A stretch of DNA of 59,127 nt from an uncultured Enterobacteriaceae bacterium (GTDB lineage Bacteria > Pseudomonadota > Gammaproteobacteria > Ga0077536). Both the position numbers and the translations under genes were made by a program. The notes beneath the pieces were generated by a model. That model was not told the origin of the DNA and ran no database searches. It was given only the letters and a program-made list of their open reading frames with translations. Of this stretch, positions 1 to 9,944 are shown piece after piece (the first letter of the stretch is position 1; every line of letters starts with the position of its first letter). The stretch lies in the NCBI GenBank assembly GCA_964523765.1, contig CAZFZX010000007.1, forward strand, positions 1-59,127, given 5' to 3'.

Positions 1-52
1 GAAATGACAAAGATCCGATCAAGAGACAGGACTTGATCCGGGGCCGGTATGA

Positions 53-68
53 CGGTGATGATATACAG
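53..68. promoter_or_regulatory. possible LexA (SOS) box-like site, regulated gene would lie outside the window
   Basis: Minus strand reads TA-CTGTATATCATCACCG versus gammaproteobacterial consensus CTGT-N8-ACAG (one mismatch, AT-rich spacer). Confidence 0.25.
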
Positions 69-161
69 TAATCGGCCGTTAACCCAAAACTGATCGGTAT
101 TTTGGAACACCTATCCAGTGGCGGGGTTGGAGTGGATACATTCTATCCGCTTCGGCTCCGA

Positions 162-1118
162 TCACCCGCCGATGAACCGGTTCGGACCGGCCGGCACGAT
201 CCGGGTCGGATTGATCGATTCGTGAGAACCGTAATAGTGCGCCTTGATGTGCGCCATGTTGACCGTTGCGGCGACCCCGGGGTGGTCGTACAGCGTTTGC
301 GTCAATCGGGACAGGTTCGGGTAATCGATGATCCGACGGAGATTACACTTGAAGTGGCCGACGTACACGGGGTCGAAGCGAATGAGGGTCGTGAACAACC
401 GCCAATCGGCTTCGGTGATGGTATCGCCCAGCAGATAGGTGCGTTTGGACAACAAGTCTTCCAGCCAGTCGAGCGTTTCGAACAACGGAACGATGGCCTC
501 GTCGTAAGCTACCTGGCTGGTCGCGAATCCGCATTTGTAGACGCCGTTGTTGACGGTGTCGAAGACCCTGGTGTTGATCGCGTCGATCTCCTCGCGCTGC
601 GCTTCCGGGTAATAGTCCCCCGGCGTCGCGCCGAGGCCGTCGAAAGCCGAATTGAACATGCGGATGATCTCGGCTGACTCGTTGCTGACGATGGTGTTTT
701 TCTGTTTGTCCCAGAGAATTGGGACGGTCACCCGGCCCGAATAGTTCGGATCGGCGGCGCGATAGATCTCATAGACATAACTCGCGCCGTGGATCGGATC
801 GGCGATGACGCCGTCGCCCGGCGCGAACGTCCATCCGTTCTCCGCCATGTGCCAGTGGACGACGGAAAGCGGGATCCAATCTTCGAGCCCCTTCAATTGG
901 CGGAAGATGAGCGTACGGTGCGCCCACGGACACGCTTTGCTGACGTAGAGGTGGTAGCGGTCTGCCGCAGCTTCGAACCCCCCTTCCCCGCTTGGCCCGG
1001 CGCTGCCGTCGGCGGTGATCCAGTTGCGGAACTGCGCCGCGGATCGTTGAAAACGACCACCGGTTGTCTTCGTGTCGTACCACTGGTCGTGCCATTGTCC
1101 ATCCACCATCAGTCCCAT
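162..1118 (-). CDS. yqjG: glutathionyl-hydroquinone reductase (omega-like glutathione S-transferase)
   Basis: MGLMVDGQW N-terminus, RYHLYVSxACPWAHR active-site motif, RVTVPILWD, NNGVYKCGFA, HIKAHYYGSH..INPT; GAGGAG RBS. Confidence 0.93.
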   Translation of the reverse strand: MGLMVDGQWHDQWYDTKTTGGRFQRSAAQFRNWITADGSAGPSGEGGFEAAADRYHLYVSKACPWAHRTLIFRQLKGLEDWIPLSVVHWHMAENGWTFAPGDGVIADPIHGASYVYEIYRAADPNYSGRVTVPILWDKQKNTIVSNESAEIIRMFNSAFDGLGATPGDYYPEAQREEIDAINTRVFDTVNNGVYKCGFATSQVAYDEAIVPLFETLDWLEDLLSKRTYLLGDTITEADWRLFTTLIRFDPVYVGHFKCNLRRIIDYPNLSRLTQTLYDHPGVAATVNMAHIKAHYYGSHESINPTRIVPAGPNRFIGG

Positions 1119-1263
1119 CGCTCGTGTCTCCTCTACGGGTTGGCGTTCCGGACGCGTAGACGGGGCGGATCATCCACCCGGCCCCGTACCGGCCGTTCGT
1201 ATTGTCGTGATAATTGCGGGACATGCATAGATCCGGATGCCCGAGCGCGGTCTAATACGCGGT

Positions 1264-3438
1264 ATGGAACCCGCGAAACCGATATTTTCCTATAAGAAAT
1301 TCTGGGCGCATCGGCTGACCCCTGCCCCGTTTCTGCCCATGACGGTTGAGGAGATGGACCAGCTCGGTTGGGACAGTTGCGATGTGATCATCGTTTGCGG
1401 CGATGCCTACGTCGACCATCCGAGTTTCGGGATGGCGATTGTCGGGCGCTTACTCGAGGCCCAAGGGTTCCGGGTCGGCATCATTGCGCAACCCGACTGG
1501 CGCGAACCGAACGATTTCACCCGTCTCGGCCGGCCGAACCTTTTCTTCGGCATCACCGCCGGCAACATGGATTCGATGGTCAATCGCTACACCGCCGATC
1601 GGAAGATCCGGCGCGACGATGCCTATACGCCGGGCGCAGAAGCCGGCCGGCGTCCTGACCGCAGCGTCATTGTCTATGCGCAACGTGTCCGTGAAGCCTA
1701 TAAGGAGGTACCGGTCGTTGTCGGCGGTATCGAGGCGAGCCTCAGGCGGGTCGCCCATTTCGATTATTGGTCGGAGAAGGTGCGCCGTTCCATCTTGCTC
1801 GACTCGAAAGCGGACTTGCTCGTATTCGGCAACGCGGAGCGGCAACTCAGCGAGATCGCCCATCGCCTCGCGGGCGGTGAGTCGATCACCGCAATCCGGG
1901 CGCTGCGCGGTACCGCTTGTATCGTCCGGCAGGCACCGGACGGCTGGACCGAGATCGATTCGTCGCGGGCCGATCCGCCTGAAACCGCAAGTCCCGAAAC
2001 CTCGCCGTCTTCCGGCGGCGCGTTGCCCCTTCCCACTCGCGACCATGCCGGTCCGTCGGCGCGGCACCTCGGGTTTGCGGGTCGCGTACCGAATTCGCAG
2101 CGAGCAACCAGCGTGATCCGTTTGCCGGCGTTCGAACAGGTAAGGAGCGACCCGATCCTGTATGCGCACGCTTCGCGGATCGTCCACCTCGAATCCAACC
2201 CGGGCAACGCCCGGGCTCTTGTCCAACGCCACGGTGACATCGACGTGTGGCTGAATCCGCCGCCGTTGCCGCTCGCGACCGCTGAGTTGGATGCCGTCTA
2301 TGAGTTACCGTATGCGCGACGGCCGCATCCGCGATACGGTGATGCACCGATCCCTGCTTATGAGATGATCCGCTTTTCGATTCCGATCCAGCGCGGTTGT
2401 TTCGGCGGCTGTACTTTCTGTTCGATCACGGAACACGAAGGCCGGATCATCCAGAATCGATCCGAGGATTCGGTCATCCGCGAGATCGAAACCATCCGCG
2501 ACGAAGTCGCGGGCTTTACCGGGATCATTTCGGATCTCGGTGGGCCGACCGCGAACATGTACCGACTGAAGTGCAGGCGTGCTTTGGTTGAAGCGGCGTG
2601 CCGCCGGCCGTCCTGTGTCTTTCCCGGCCCCTGTTCGAACCTGAAAACCGATCACGGCCCGCTCGTGCGCCTGTATCGGCGGGCACGTTCCTTGCCCGGG
2701 ATTAAAAAGGTACTAATCGCATCCGGGGTCCGGTACGACCTCGCTATCGAGTCACCGGAGTACGTGAAGGAACTTGCCCAACACCACACCGGCGGCTATC
2801 TCAAGATCGCGCCCGAGGCAATTGCCGAGGGTCCGCTGTCGAAGATGATGAAACCCGGTATCGAACCTTATTATCGTTTCAAAGCGTTGTTCGACCGGTA
2901 TTCCCTGGAAGCGGGCAAGGAGCAGTATCTGATCCCCTATTTCATCGCCGCCCACCCCGGTACCAGCGACGAGGACATGCTCGAACTTGCGTTATGGTTG
3001 AAACGCAATCGTTACCGGGTCGACCAGGTGCAGGCCTTTCTGCCCTCGCCGATGGCCACGGCGACGGCGATGTACCACACCGGTAAGAACCCGTTGCGCC
3101 GCATCCGGCCGGACAGCGAAGCCGTGACGGTACCGAAGGGCCTTAAAGTGCGTCGCTTGCACAAGGCGTTTCTACGGTACCATGACGCAAACAACTGGCC
3201 CGCGCTGCGCGCGGCGCTGAAACGGATGGGGCGTTCGGATCTGATCGGCAACGCGAAACGGCATCTGGTGCCGAGTTATCAACCGGTCGGTACCGTCGCC
3301 GATCGGAGCGGCGCAAACAAGGCCGGGCCGTTTCGCAGCACGACTGCTCGGACGGAGCGGGAACTGCGGCGCGGACGGGTTAAAGACAAGAATAAAAAGG
3401 TAAAACCCCGTGGTGCGCCTGCCGGACGCAACCGCTAA
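1264..3438 (+). CDS. ygiQ: YgiQ family radical SAM protein
   Basis: [22 protein letters not shown], radical SAM motif [35 protein letters not shown] 1264 preferred over 1237. Confidence 0.92.
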   Translation: MEPAKPIFSYKKFWAHRLTPAPFLPMTVEEMDQLGWDSCDVIIVCGDAYVDHPSFGMAIVGRLLEAQGFRVGIIAQPDWREPNDFTRLGRPNLFFGITAGNMDSMVNRYTADRKIRRDDAYTPGAEAGRRPDRSVIVYAQRVREAYKEVPVVVGGIEASLRRVAHFDYWSEKVRRSILLDSKADLLVFGNAERQLSEIAHRLAGGESITAIRALRGTACIVRQAPDGWTEIDSSRADPPETASPETSPSSGGALPLPTRDHAGPSARHLGFAGRVPNSQRATSVIRLPAFEQVRSDPILYAHASRIVHLESNPGNARALVQRHGDIDVWLNPPPLPLATAELDAVYELPYARRPHPRYGDAPIPAYEMIRFSIPIQRGCFGGCTFCSITEHEGRIIQNRSEDSVIREIETIRDEVAGFTGIISDLGGPTANMYRLKCRRALVEAACRRPSCVFPGPCSNLKTDHGPLVRLYRRARSLPGIKKVLIASGVRYDLAIESPEYVKELAQHHTGGYLKIAPEAIAEGPLSKMMKPGIEPYYRFKALFDRYSLEAGKEQYLIPYFIAAHPGTSDEDMLELALWLKRNRYRVDQVQAFLPSPMATATAMYHTGKNPLRRIRPDSEAVTVPKGLKVRRLHKAFLRYHDANNWPALRAALKRMGRSDLIGNAKRHLVPSYQPVGTVADRSGANKAGPFRSTTARTERELRRGRVKDKNKKVKPRGAPAGRNR

Positions 3439-3459
3439 AACACAAGAAGGAGAAGGACC

Positions 3460-3993
3460 ATGCCGAAATTGACTCGCGCGGAGCGCGACGCCTTTCTAAC
3501 AGAGCCCGGATTCATGATGGATATCGCGACCGTGGACGCCAGCGGTGCGCCGCTGGTGACGCCTATTTGGTTCGTTTACGAAGAAGACCGCATCTGGTTT
3601 ACGCCGCGGCAACATTCGGAATGGCTGAAAAATATCCGCAACGACCCGCGGGTGGCGCTGTGCGTCGACGAAGGTCTCACGCCCTACCGTAAAGTTGTCG
3701 TCCGCGGGAAGGCTGAGGTTGTGAACGAGTTGGGGGACGACGACGCCTGGCGCGAGCGTTACCGCCGCATCGCGCAACGGTATATTCCCATCGACGACGC
3801 CAACGCTTATGTCGACGGTACCGACGATCAAACGCGCGCTTTGTGCGCCGTACACATAGCGGACGCCGAAGTCAGAACCTGGCGCATGCCGATCGGTGAC
3901 GAGCCCTACCACGGGATCTGGGCCAAGCGCTATTGGACGGAGGACGCCAAGGTGAAGCAATCCGCGCCGCCGCTTTTCAATGAGGGCGCGTAA
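3460..3993 (+). CDS. pyridoxamine 5'-phosphate oxidase-like (PPOX/FDOR-type) protein, possibly F420-binding
   Basis: IATVDASGAPLVTPIWF and KNIRNDPRVALCVD split beta-barrel signature; AGGAG RBS. Confidence 0.8.
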   Translation: MPKLTRAERDAFLTEPGFMMDIATVDASGAPLVTPIWFVYEEDRIWFTPRQHSEWLKNIRNDPRVALCVDEGLTPYRKVVVRGKAEVVNELGDDDAWRERYRRIAQRYIPIDDANAYVDGTDDQTRALCAVHIADAEVRTWRMPIGDEPYHGIWAKRYWTEDAKVKQSAPPLFNEGA

Positions 3994-4000
3994 ATACGAG

Positions 4001-4047
4001 GGAGAAAAAAGAACGCATTCGGTTTCCGTGCGCCTCTTTTGTTCTCC
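4001..4047. terminator. probable bidirectional intrinsic terminator between convergent genes
   Basis: GGAGAA-AAAAGA-ACGCA...TGCG-CC-TCTTTT-G-TTCTCC imperfect inverted repeat with A- and T-tracts. Confidence 0.6.
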
Positions 4048-5120
4048 TAATTGACGCCGCCGACGACCGGGTAGTTGCGGTCCCGCCAGCGCAGCATTCC
4101 GCCGCTCAGGTTTGCGACGTCTTTCAGTCCCGCTCGTTTCAATAAGACCGTAGCCTGCGCCGAGCGTGCACCGGCGCGGCATACGGTCACGACGGGCACC
4201 TTGAGGTTAACCTCATCGGCGCGCTCGGCCAAAGCGCCGAGTGGGATGTGCACAGCACCGGGTATGTGCCCGAGCGGCCCGTCATACTCATCGGCTTCGC
4301 GGACATCGAGCACCTGGACGTCGCGCAGGTTTTCTTCGAGCCATTGCGAGTCGATCTCCCAGACGCCGGCAAACGTCAGCTTCAGCGGTGCCCAAGCCGC
4401 GTCGCCGGCGGCGACGACATCGTTTGCGGGTCGGCCGCAGCGCAGATTTGCCGGCAGTGCGATGTCGATCTGCTTGGGGTGCGCCAACCCGAGATTGTCC
4501 ATGTAACCGACGAAATCCTGCTCGCTGATCTGTCCCCCGAGCCGCGGGTTGAACTGTTTCTCCTCGGCGACGCTGGTCATCGTAATGCCTTTGTAGTCGT
4601 GGCCCGGGTACAATTTGGTCTGGTCCGGTAATGCGAGGATCTGGGTCTGGATCGATCGATACAAGGCGCGTGCATCACCTTGTTGGAAATCTGTTCGTCC
4701 GCAACCCCTGATCAGCAGAGTGTCGCCGGTAAAGGCCATGCTCTCGTCGTCCATCACATAGGTCATACATCCGTTCGTGTGTCCCGGGGTCTCGCGTGCT
4801 TCCAGGTAGCGCGACCCGAAGTTGATGCGATTGCCGTGGGTTAGAAGCCGATCTGCTCCTTCGACGCCCGCCTTTTCCGAGATCCCGATCTTGGCTCCGG
4901 TATGGTATTTCAGCAGCCACGCGCCGGTCACATGGTCGGCATGACAGTGGGTATCGATCACTGAGACGAGTTTCAAGCCCAACTCGTCGAGCAGCGCCTG
5001 ATCACGACCCGCCTGTTCGTACACGGCGTCGATGACGACGGCTTCGCCGCTATCCGAATCACCGAGAACATAGGTGTAGGTCGATGACACTTGGTCGAAT
5101 AATTGCCTAAAAACGAGCAT
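4047..5120 (-). CDS. persulfide dioxygenase (ETHE1-like MBL fold)-rhodanese fusion
   Basis: FRQLFD..SSTYTY, THCHADH, TPGHTNGC, GCGRTDFQ, YPGHDY, NPRL; C-terminal rhodanese LDVRE..EY...GHIPGA with CRAGARS loop. Confidence 0.92.
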   Translation of the reverse strand: MLVFRQLFDQVSSTYTYVLGDSDSGEAVVIDAVYEQAGRDQALLDELGLKLVSVIDTHCHADHVTGAWLLKYHTGAKIGISEKAGVEGADRLLTHGNRINFGSRYLEARETPGHTNGCMTYVMDDESMAFTGDTLLIRGCGRTDFQQGDARALYRSIQTQILALPDQTKLYPGHDYKGITMTSVAEEKQFNPRLGGQISEQDFVGYMDNLGLAHPKQIDIALPANLRCGRPANDVVAAGDAAWAPLKLTFAGVWEIDSQWLEENLRDVQVLDVREADEYDGPLGHIPGAVHIPLGALAERADEVNLKVPVVTVCRAGARSAQATVLLKRAGLKDVANLSGGMLRWRDRNYPVVGGVN

Positions 5121-5326
5121 CAAATTCCCCTTTCTCAGCCGTTGCTACCGGCCTCTCAGAAGCAGCGATTATCAAGGAAACCTCTGATTAATTCGTGGAA
5201 CGCCGGCTTGCGTTCAAAATCGTCCGTCTCGGCGTTGCGGATCTTACCAATAGTCCCGGCTATTACTTGCGATCCGCGCCTTGAGTCGAACAATTTTGAA
5301 TCGCGATCCGACTGCCCCAGAATTAA

Positions 5327-6331
5327 TCAGAGCTTCCCTAGAATATCGTGGGCCCGGGAAAACATCGGCAACACCGTGGGCGCCATCTTTTCCCACAATT
5401 GGTCCGGGCGCTGGCCTTTACGATGCAGCTTGACGTTCAGGCAGCCGATACTCGCGAGGCGGTAGCCGGCGAAGGCTTGATACCACGGCAGCGTTTCGAA
5501 CGTCCGACCCATCGCGGATTCGTAAAGGCGCCGTGCTTCCTCCGGCGACGGTGGGTCTACGGGTCGCCATTCATCGACCCAGTTTATCGGGTCACAAATC
5601 ATCATCAGCCAGCCCACGTCCAATAACTGCGAGCCGATCCCAGACAGCTCCCAGTCAACGATCCCAGTGAGCTGAGTTTGCTCGTAGAGCACGTTGCCGG
5701 GCTGGTAGTCGCCGTGAAAAAGCCCGAAGGGTTCCTTTTCGGGCAGCGTCGCTAACAAGGACTCCTCGACCTGTTCGGCGGCGGCGATCCACGAGGGATC
5801 GGGCGCTTGCGCATAGATCCGCCTCCACCTCGACACATTATCGGCTACGGGCTCCGGTTGGTCCCAGTCCGGGAGTCGGTTCTTCCAGTCGAATTCGTGA
5901 ATATGCGGCAGCTGTTCGATGCACTGGCGCCATAAATGTCGGATATCGGCTCGTGCGCGTGAAAACGATCGATGGGGATCCCAAACCAGAAATACCCTTC
6001 CCGGCAGTCGCTCCATAACGATGAAAGGTCTGTCGAACCAGGAGTTATCCTCAAATGCCCACGGGACTTCGGGTACGGGCAGCCCGTATCCCCGCAGGGC
6101 CCGCAGCAACGGCGCCTGGCGGTAGACGTCGGTGTTGCCTTTGTACCGCACGCCCTTCGGAGGGATTTTGATCACATACCCGGTCTCACGCCCGGATTTC
6201 GAGCGGACGTCGAACAGGAAAGTCAGCCCGGCATGGCCGTCGGAGACCGACACGTCCCCGAGTGTCGCACCGGTCTCGAATTCATCACCGACGAAGGAAC
6301 TCAGTCGCCGTGTCAGTTCCGGTAGCTGCAT
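5327..6331 (-). CDS. APH/phosphotransferase-family kinase (ACAD10/LvaA-like)
   Basis: Brenner-type HGDYQPGNVL and IVDWEL motifs, PFIVMERLPG. Confidence 0.85.
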   Translation of the reverse strand: MQLPELTRRLSSFVGDEFETGATLGDVSVSDGHAGLTFLFDVRSKSGRETGYVIKIPPKGVRYKGNTDVYRQAPLLRALRGYGLPVPEVPWAFEDNSWFDRPFIVMERLPGRVFLVWDPHRSFSRARADIRHLWRQCIEQLPHIHEFDWKNRLPDWDQPEPVADNVSRWRRIYAQAPDPSWIAAAEQVEESLLATLPEKEPFGLFHGDYQPGNVLYEQTQLTGIVDWELSGIGSQLLDVGWLMMICDPINWVDEWRPVDPPSPEEARRLYESAMGRTFETLPWYQAFAGYRLASIGCLNVKLHRKGQRPDQLWEKMAPTVLPMFSRAHDILGKL

Positions 6332-6346
6332 TCGAACGCAACCGGG

Positions 6347-7303
6347 TCACTGGGTCCGATCGGTGCGTTCCCGAACCAGCAAATCGGCGAGGCGCTCCTC
6401 CAGCGCGACACTGTTTTCACGCCCATCGTCGAGACTTCCGTCGAGTACACTCACCGTAATGTACCCCTCGGCAAAAAGCTTCGTATCGGCCGCCGGTTGT
6501 GATCGATCGATTGGGTTGCCGTGTTCGAGTGCAATGCGGATTTTGCCGGGCGTGTCGGTTTCGACGAAAACCGGGACAAATCCTCCGGTACGCGCTACCC
6601 GGGCTACGCGCATTCCTTTGACTTCCGTTGCTCGCAGCGCGGGATAATTGAGGTTCAACAATTTGTTCGCCGGCAGCAGTTGCGTTCCGGGCTGGCGGGT
6701 CCGGTCGATCTCGCGCAGCAGTTTTACCGTGAATGCGGCCGTGGGAGCGAAGGCATCCATGGTCGAAGGGAAGCGCACGGGCGTCGCCTCGCGCTCGTCG
6801 AGATGGATCCCGACCGATACGGCGATCGCCGGAACACCCAACTGCGCCGCCATGATGGCGGCTCCCACCGTGCCGGAAATGTTGGTATTGGAGCCGAGGT
6901 TCTGACCGAAATTTGCGCCGGAGACGACGACATCGGGCGGGCTGTCCCGCAATAGCTTGAGCAGCGCAAACGAAACCGAGTCAGCCGGCGTGCCGGCGAC
7001 GGTCCAGAAATCTTTTTCGAGCTGTTCGACCCGGATGGAGCCGATCGATACGCGCATGCTGCTGCCGCTCTGCTGGTCGCGCGGGGCAACTACGCTGACC
7101 CGGTAGCCACCGCCGAGCAGCGCTCGGTGCATAGCTTTGATCCCCGGTGCATCGTATCCGTCGTCGTTCGTCAAGAGCACGTGAAGCGGGGCGTCGTCGG
7201 CGGCCACTCCGATGGGGAGCAGTACCGCGAGGAGGAATACTCGGGCCAGCAGCACAATGGTTTGCGACGGCGCGCGGCGTCCGCGACCCGGCAGGATCCT
7301 CAT
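6347..7303 (-). CDS. surE: SurE-family 5'/3'-nucleotidase with predicted N-terminal signal peptide
   Basis: VLLTNDDGYDAPGI, VAPRDQQSGSS, GTPADSV, VSGANFGQNLG, SGTVGAA; preceded by basic n-region, hydrophobic stretch and VAA cleavage-like site. Confidence 0.88.
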   Translation of the reverse strand: MRILPGRGRRAPSQTIVLLARVFLLAVLLPIGVAADDAPLHVLLTNDDGYDAPGIKAMHRALLGGGYRVSVVAPRDQQSGSSMRVSIGSIRVEQLEKDFWTVAGTPADSVSFALLKLLRDSPPDVVVSGANFGQNLGSNTNISGTVGAAIMAAQLGVPAIAVSVGIHLDEREATPVRFPSTMDAFAPTAAFTVKLLREIDRTRQPGTQLLPANKLLNLNYPALRATEVKGMRVARVARTGGFVPVFVETDTPGKIRIALEHGNPIDRSQPAADTKLFAEGYITVSVLDGSLDDGRENSVALEERLADLLVRERTDRTQ

Positions 7304-7528
7304 TTCTTTTCCTTGTTTGTCAGCAAGAATATCGGCTATGGGTCTCGGCCCGTAGTGCAGTGTATCGAATCTGGCTCGCCGGATGCTAGCGGGAGGGAGA
7401 CCGTCTAAGCCCCCGGCAACGCCCGAACCCGGCCGCTATTTGCCGGTTCCAAGGTGACGCCGCGCCCGCAGTCCGTTAAAGTTTGGGGTTCGCTTCAATG
7501 ACAGGCACCAAATTAGGAGAACATTGAG

Positions 7529-8707
7529 ATGACCGAGGCAGTAATCGTTTCGACCGCCCGAACGCCTTTGTGCAAGAGTTGGCGCGGATCTTTCAACATG
7601 ACGCACGGCGCGACGCTCGGTGCCCACGCGGTCGAGGCCGCGGTGGCGCGTGCGGGCATCGAACCGGGCGAAGTCGAAGACGTGATCATGGGTTGCGCGA
7701 CCCCGGAAGGCGCGACCGGTTCGAACATCGCCCGCCAAATCGCGTTGCGCGCACAAATGCCGGTCACTGTCTCGGGTATGACCGTCAACCGTTTCTGTTC
7801 GTCCGGTCTCCAGACCGTGGCACTGGCCTCCCAGCGCGTTCAATGCGGCGAAGCCGACATCTTCGTCGCCGGCGGCGTCGAATCGATCTCCTGCGTCCAG
7901 AACGAAGCGAACCAACATATGCTGGCCGAATCCTGGTTGAGTGAAAACAAGCCGGGGATTTACTGGCCGATGCTGCAGACCGCGGAAATGGTGGCCAAGC
8001 GCTACGAGGTATCGCGTGAAGACCAGGACCGCTACGGGGTCGACAGCCAGAACAAAGCCGCCCAAGCGCGTGAAGACGGCAAATTCGACGATGAGATCGT
8101 GCCGATGACGGCCCAGATGAAACTGGTCGACAAAGAGACGGGCGCCGAAACGGTCAAAGAAGTGACCGCATCCCAGGACGAAGGGATCCGCCCGGGGACG
8201 ACCTATGAGGGCGTGTCCCAAATCAAGCCGGCGATCGAAGGAGGCGTCATCGCGGCCGGTAATGCCAGCCAGTTTTCCGACGGCGCCTCGGCGCAGGTCA
8301 TCATGAGCGATACGGTCGCGGCGCAAAAAGGTCTGAACCCGATGGGTGTATTTCGCGGCTTTGCCGTCGCCGGGTGCGAGCCGGACGAGATGGGGATCGG
8401 CCCCGTATTCGCGATCCCGAAACTACTTAAAAACGCAGGTCTGACCGTTGACGATATCGACTTGTGGGAACTCAACGAGGCCTTCGCGGTGCAGGTTTTA
8501 TACTGTCGCGACAAACTCGGGATCCCGAACGAGCGGCTGAATGTCAACGGAGGGTCGATCGCAGTCGGCCATCCTTACGGTGTCACCGGGAGCCGATTGA
8601 CCGGACATGCGCTGATCGAAGGTAAGCGCCGTGGTGCTAAAAACGTCGTGGTAACAATGTGTGTCGGTGGCGGCATGGGTGCGGCGGGGCTTTTCGAGGT
8701 TTGTTGA
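7529..8707 (+). CDS. acetyl-CoA C-acyltransferase (thiolase)
   Basis: NRFCSSGLQ catalytic Cys, [30 protein letters not shown]; AGGAG RBS. Confidence 0.95.
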   Translation: MTEAVIVSTARTPLCKSWRGSFNMTHGATLGAHAVEAAVARAGIEPGEVEDVIMGCATPEGATGSNIARQIALRAQMPVTVSGMTVNRFCSSGLQTVALASQRVQCGEADIFVAGGVESISCVQNEANQHMLAESWLSENKPGIYWPMLQTAEMVAKRYEVSREDQDRYGVDSQNKAAQAREDGKFDDEIVPMTAQMKLVDKETGAETVKEVTASQDEGIRPGTTYEGVSQIKPAIEGGVIAAGNASQFSDGASAQVIMSDTVAAQKGLNPMGVFRGFAVAGCEPDEMGIGPVFAIPKLLKNAGLTVDDIDLWELNEAFAVQVLYCRDKLGIPNERLNVNGGSIAVGHPYGVTGSRLTGHALIEGKRRGAKNVVVTMCVGGGMGAAGLFEVC

Positions 8708-8836
8708 AATCGCCGCTCTAGTCCGCGACCCGTCACGTCGGAACAACGACTTGGTCTGTGGAGACGCCTCGTCCGCGGCGTAAAACGACTCCTTTTCTCC
8801 GCCAAGTGGTTGCCCGGGTAATCTCGCCTAACTCAT

Positions 8837-8942
8837 CCGAAGAAGATGGGCGGCCGGGCGGGGCATCTAAGGACTGATGGTAAATGGAGTCCTTGCTTAG
8901 GGGGAAGATAAGTTGTGCCCCGCCCGACCATTGATTCTTCGG
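8837..8942 (-). ncRNA. candidate structured RNA element (multi-stem) in the 3' region of the glycine-zipper gene
   Basis: Nested stems: 8837-8844/8935-8942 (8 bp), 8852-8865/8916-8929 (14 bp, one G-U on minus strand), 8869-8875/8888-8894 (7 bp), 8896-8899/8909-8912 closing loop UCUUCCCCC. Confidence 0.4.
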
Positions 8943-8947
8943 CAGAT

Positions 8948-9619
8948 TCAGCTCACGACATAACCGCGGGCAACCAGGCAAGTGCTCATCGCCCGGGTGT
9001 AGTCTGTTTGTTGTGACGCTCGGGCAGTGGCGTGTTGCGCGTTCCGCGCCGCTGCCTGTCTAATCGCCGCTCGTTGTTTGGCGCCTTGATCGGCCTGGTT
9101 CGCGAGACCCACCGCCCCGCCGACGGCGGCACCGATGGCCGCACCAATACCGGGATCGCCCGCGATCGCCCCACCCATGGCGCCGAGTGCCGCGCCGCCG
9201 GCCGCACCCGTGATTGGATCAGAGGGACCGGTCCTGGAACCGGGCGCTGGCGCCACGGGCGTTACCGGCGGACTCGAGGCGGCGACGACCGGGTCGAACC
9301 CGGATTCGCGCGCAGCCCAGCTGTGGCATTCGTAGCGATCCTGCGCCTGCAGCTGCTCGGACTGACCCTGCGCGGGGTATGCGAACAGCTTGGATGATGC
9401 CCCCGCGACGGGATGCGCCTCGACCTCGACAACGGTTGGTGCCGGTGCCGCGGCGTAGGGTGCGTACAAAGGAAGGACCGGGTAGAAATGCAGACCGGGC
9501 GCGTGGTGTCTCGCCCAATGGTGCCGTTGGATATGATTTCGGTGGTATGCGCTCGCCGTAGCCGGCAATAAACCGATGAGTATCGCCAATGCGGCGAGGC
9601 GTATTCGTCGTTTCGCCAT
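8948..9619 (-). CDS. exported glycine-zipper (YMGG-like) domain protein
   Basis: Signal peptide MAKRRIRLAALAILIGLLPATASA; YPAQGQS..Q..DRYECHSWA...SGFDP; GAAGGAALGAMGGAIAGD zipper; Y.RAM..CL..RGY.V end. Start set at ATG 9619 (GGGAG RBS). Confidence 0.8.
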   Translation of the reverse strand: MAKRRIRLAALAILIGLLPATASAYHRNHIQRHHWARHHAPGLHFYPVLPLYAPYAAAPAPTVVEVEAHPVAGASSKLFAYPAQGQSEQLQAQDRYECHSWAARESGFDPVVAASSPPVTPVAPAPGSRTGPSDPITGAAGGAALGAMGGAIAGDPGIGAAIGAAVGGAVGLANQADQGAKQRAAIRQAAARNAQHATARASQQTDYTRAMSTCLVARGYVVS

Positions 9620-9765
9620 GGTTGATCTCCCGCTCTCTATTCGAATTCCGGTGTGGAGATAGTAGTAGGACGCCTTGAAACATCGGGTCTCCAATGCGTA
9701 AAGATGTGTAACGATAGCGAACATTTTGTCGCTGGGTCGGCCGCGGCGCGGGGCCATGCCGGCGC

Positions 9766-9944
9766 CTACTTCGCTCGTTCGGATACCAGTAGTTTTCTCA
9801 CTGCATCCGCGCTCGTGACATTGAGTTCGGTCGGCGCCTTCTCTACGTTGATAATTTCGACGGCCCCGTCATCTGCTTGATGATCATTGTCATCAGCACG
9901 GTATTGGAGGGATTGTCCTCGATGTAGAGAACGACCTTCTCTTC
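9766..9944 (-). pseudogene. probable chimeric remnant: receiver-domain N-terminal fragment joined out of frame to a Prx5-type peroxiredoxin C-terminal fragment
   Basis: 9944-9870 reads EEKVVLYIEDNPSNTVLMTMIIKQM (receiver beta1-alpha1 pattern). Another frame, 9873-9766, reads DDGAVEIINVEKAPTELNVTSADAVRKLLVSERAK* (resembles Prx5 C-termini). Neither is a complete gene. Confidence 0.45.

Noticed and set aside
9620-9757. Upstream extension of the glycine-zipper ORF
   Set aside because: RBS and signal peptide fit ATG 9619 better.
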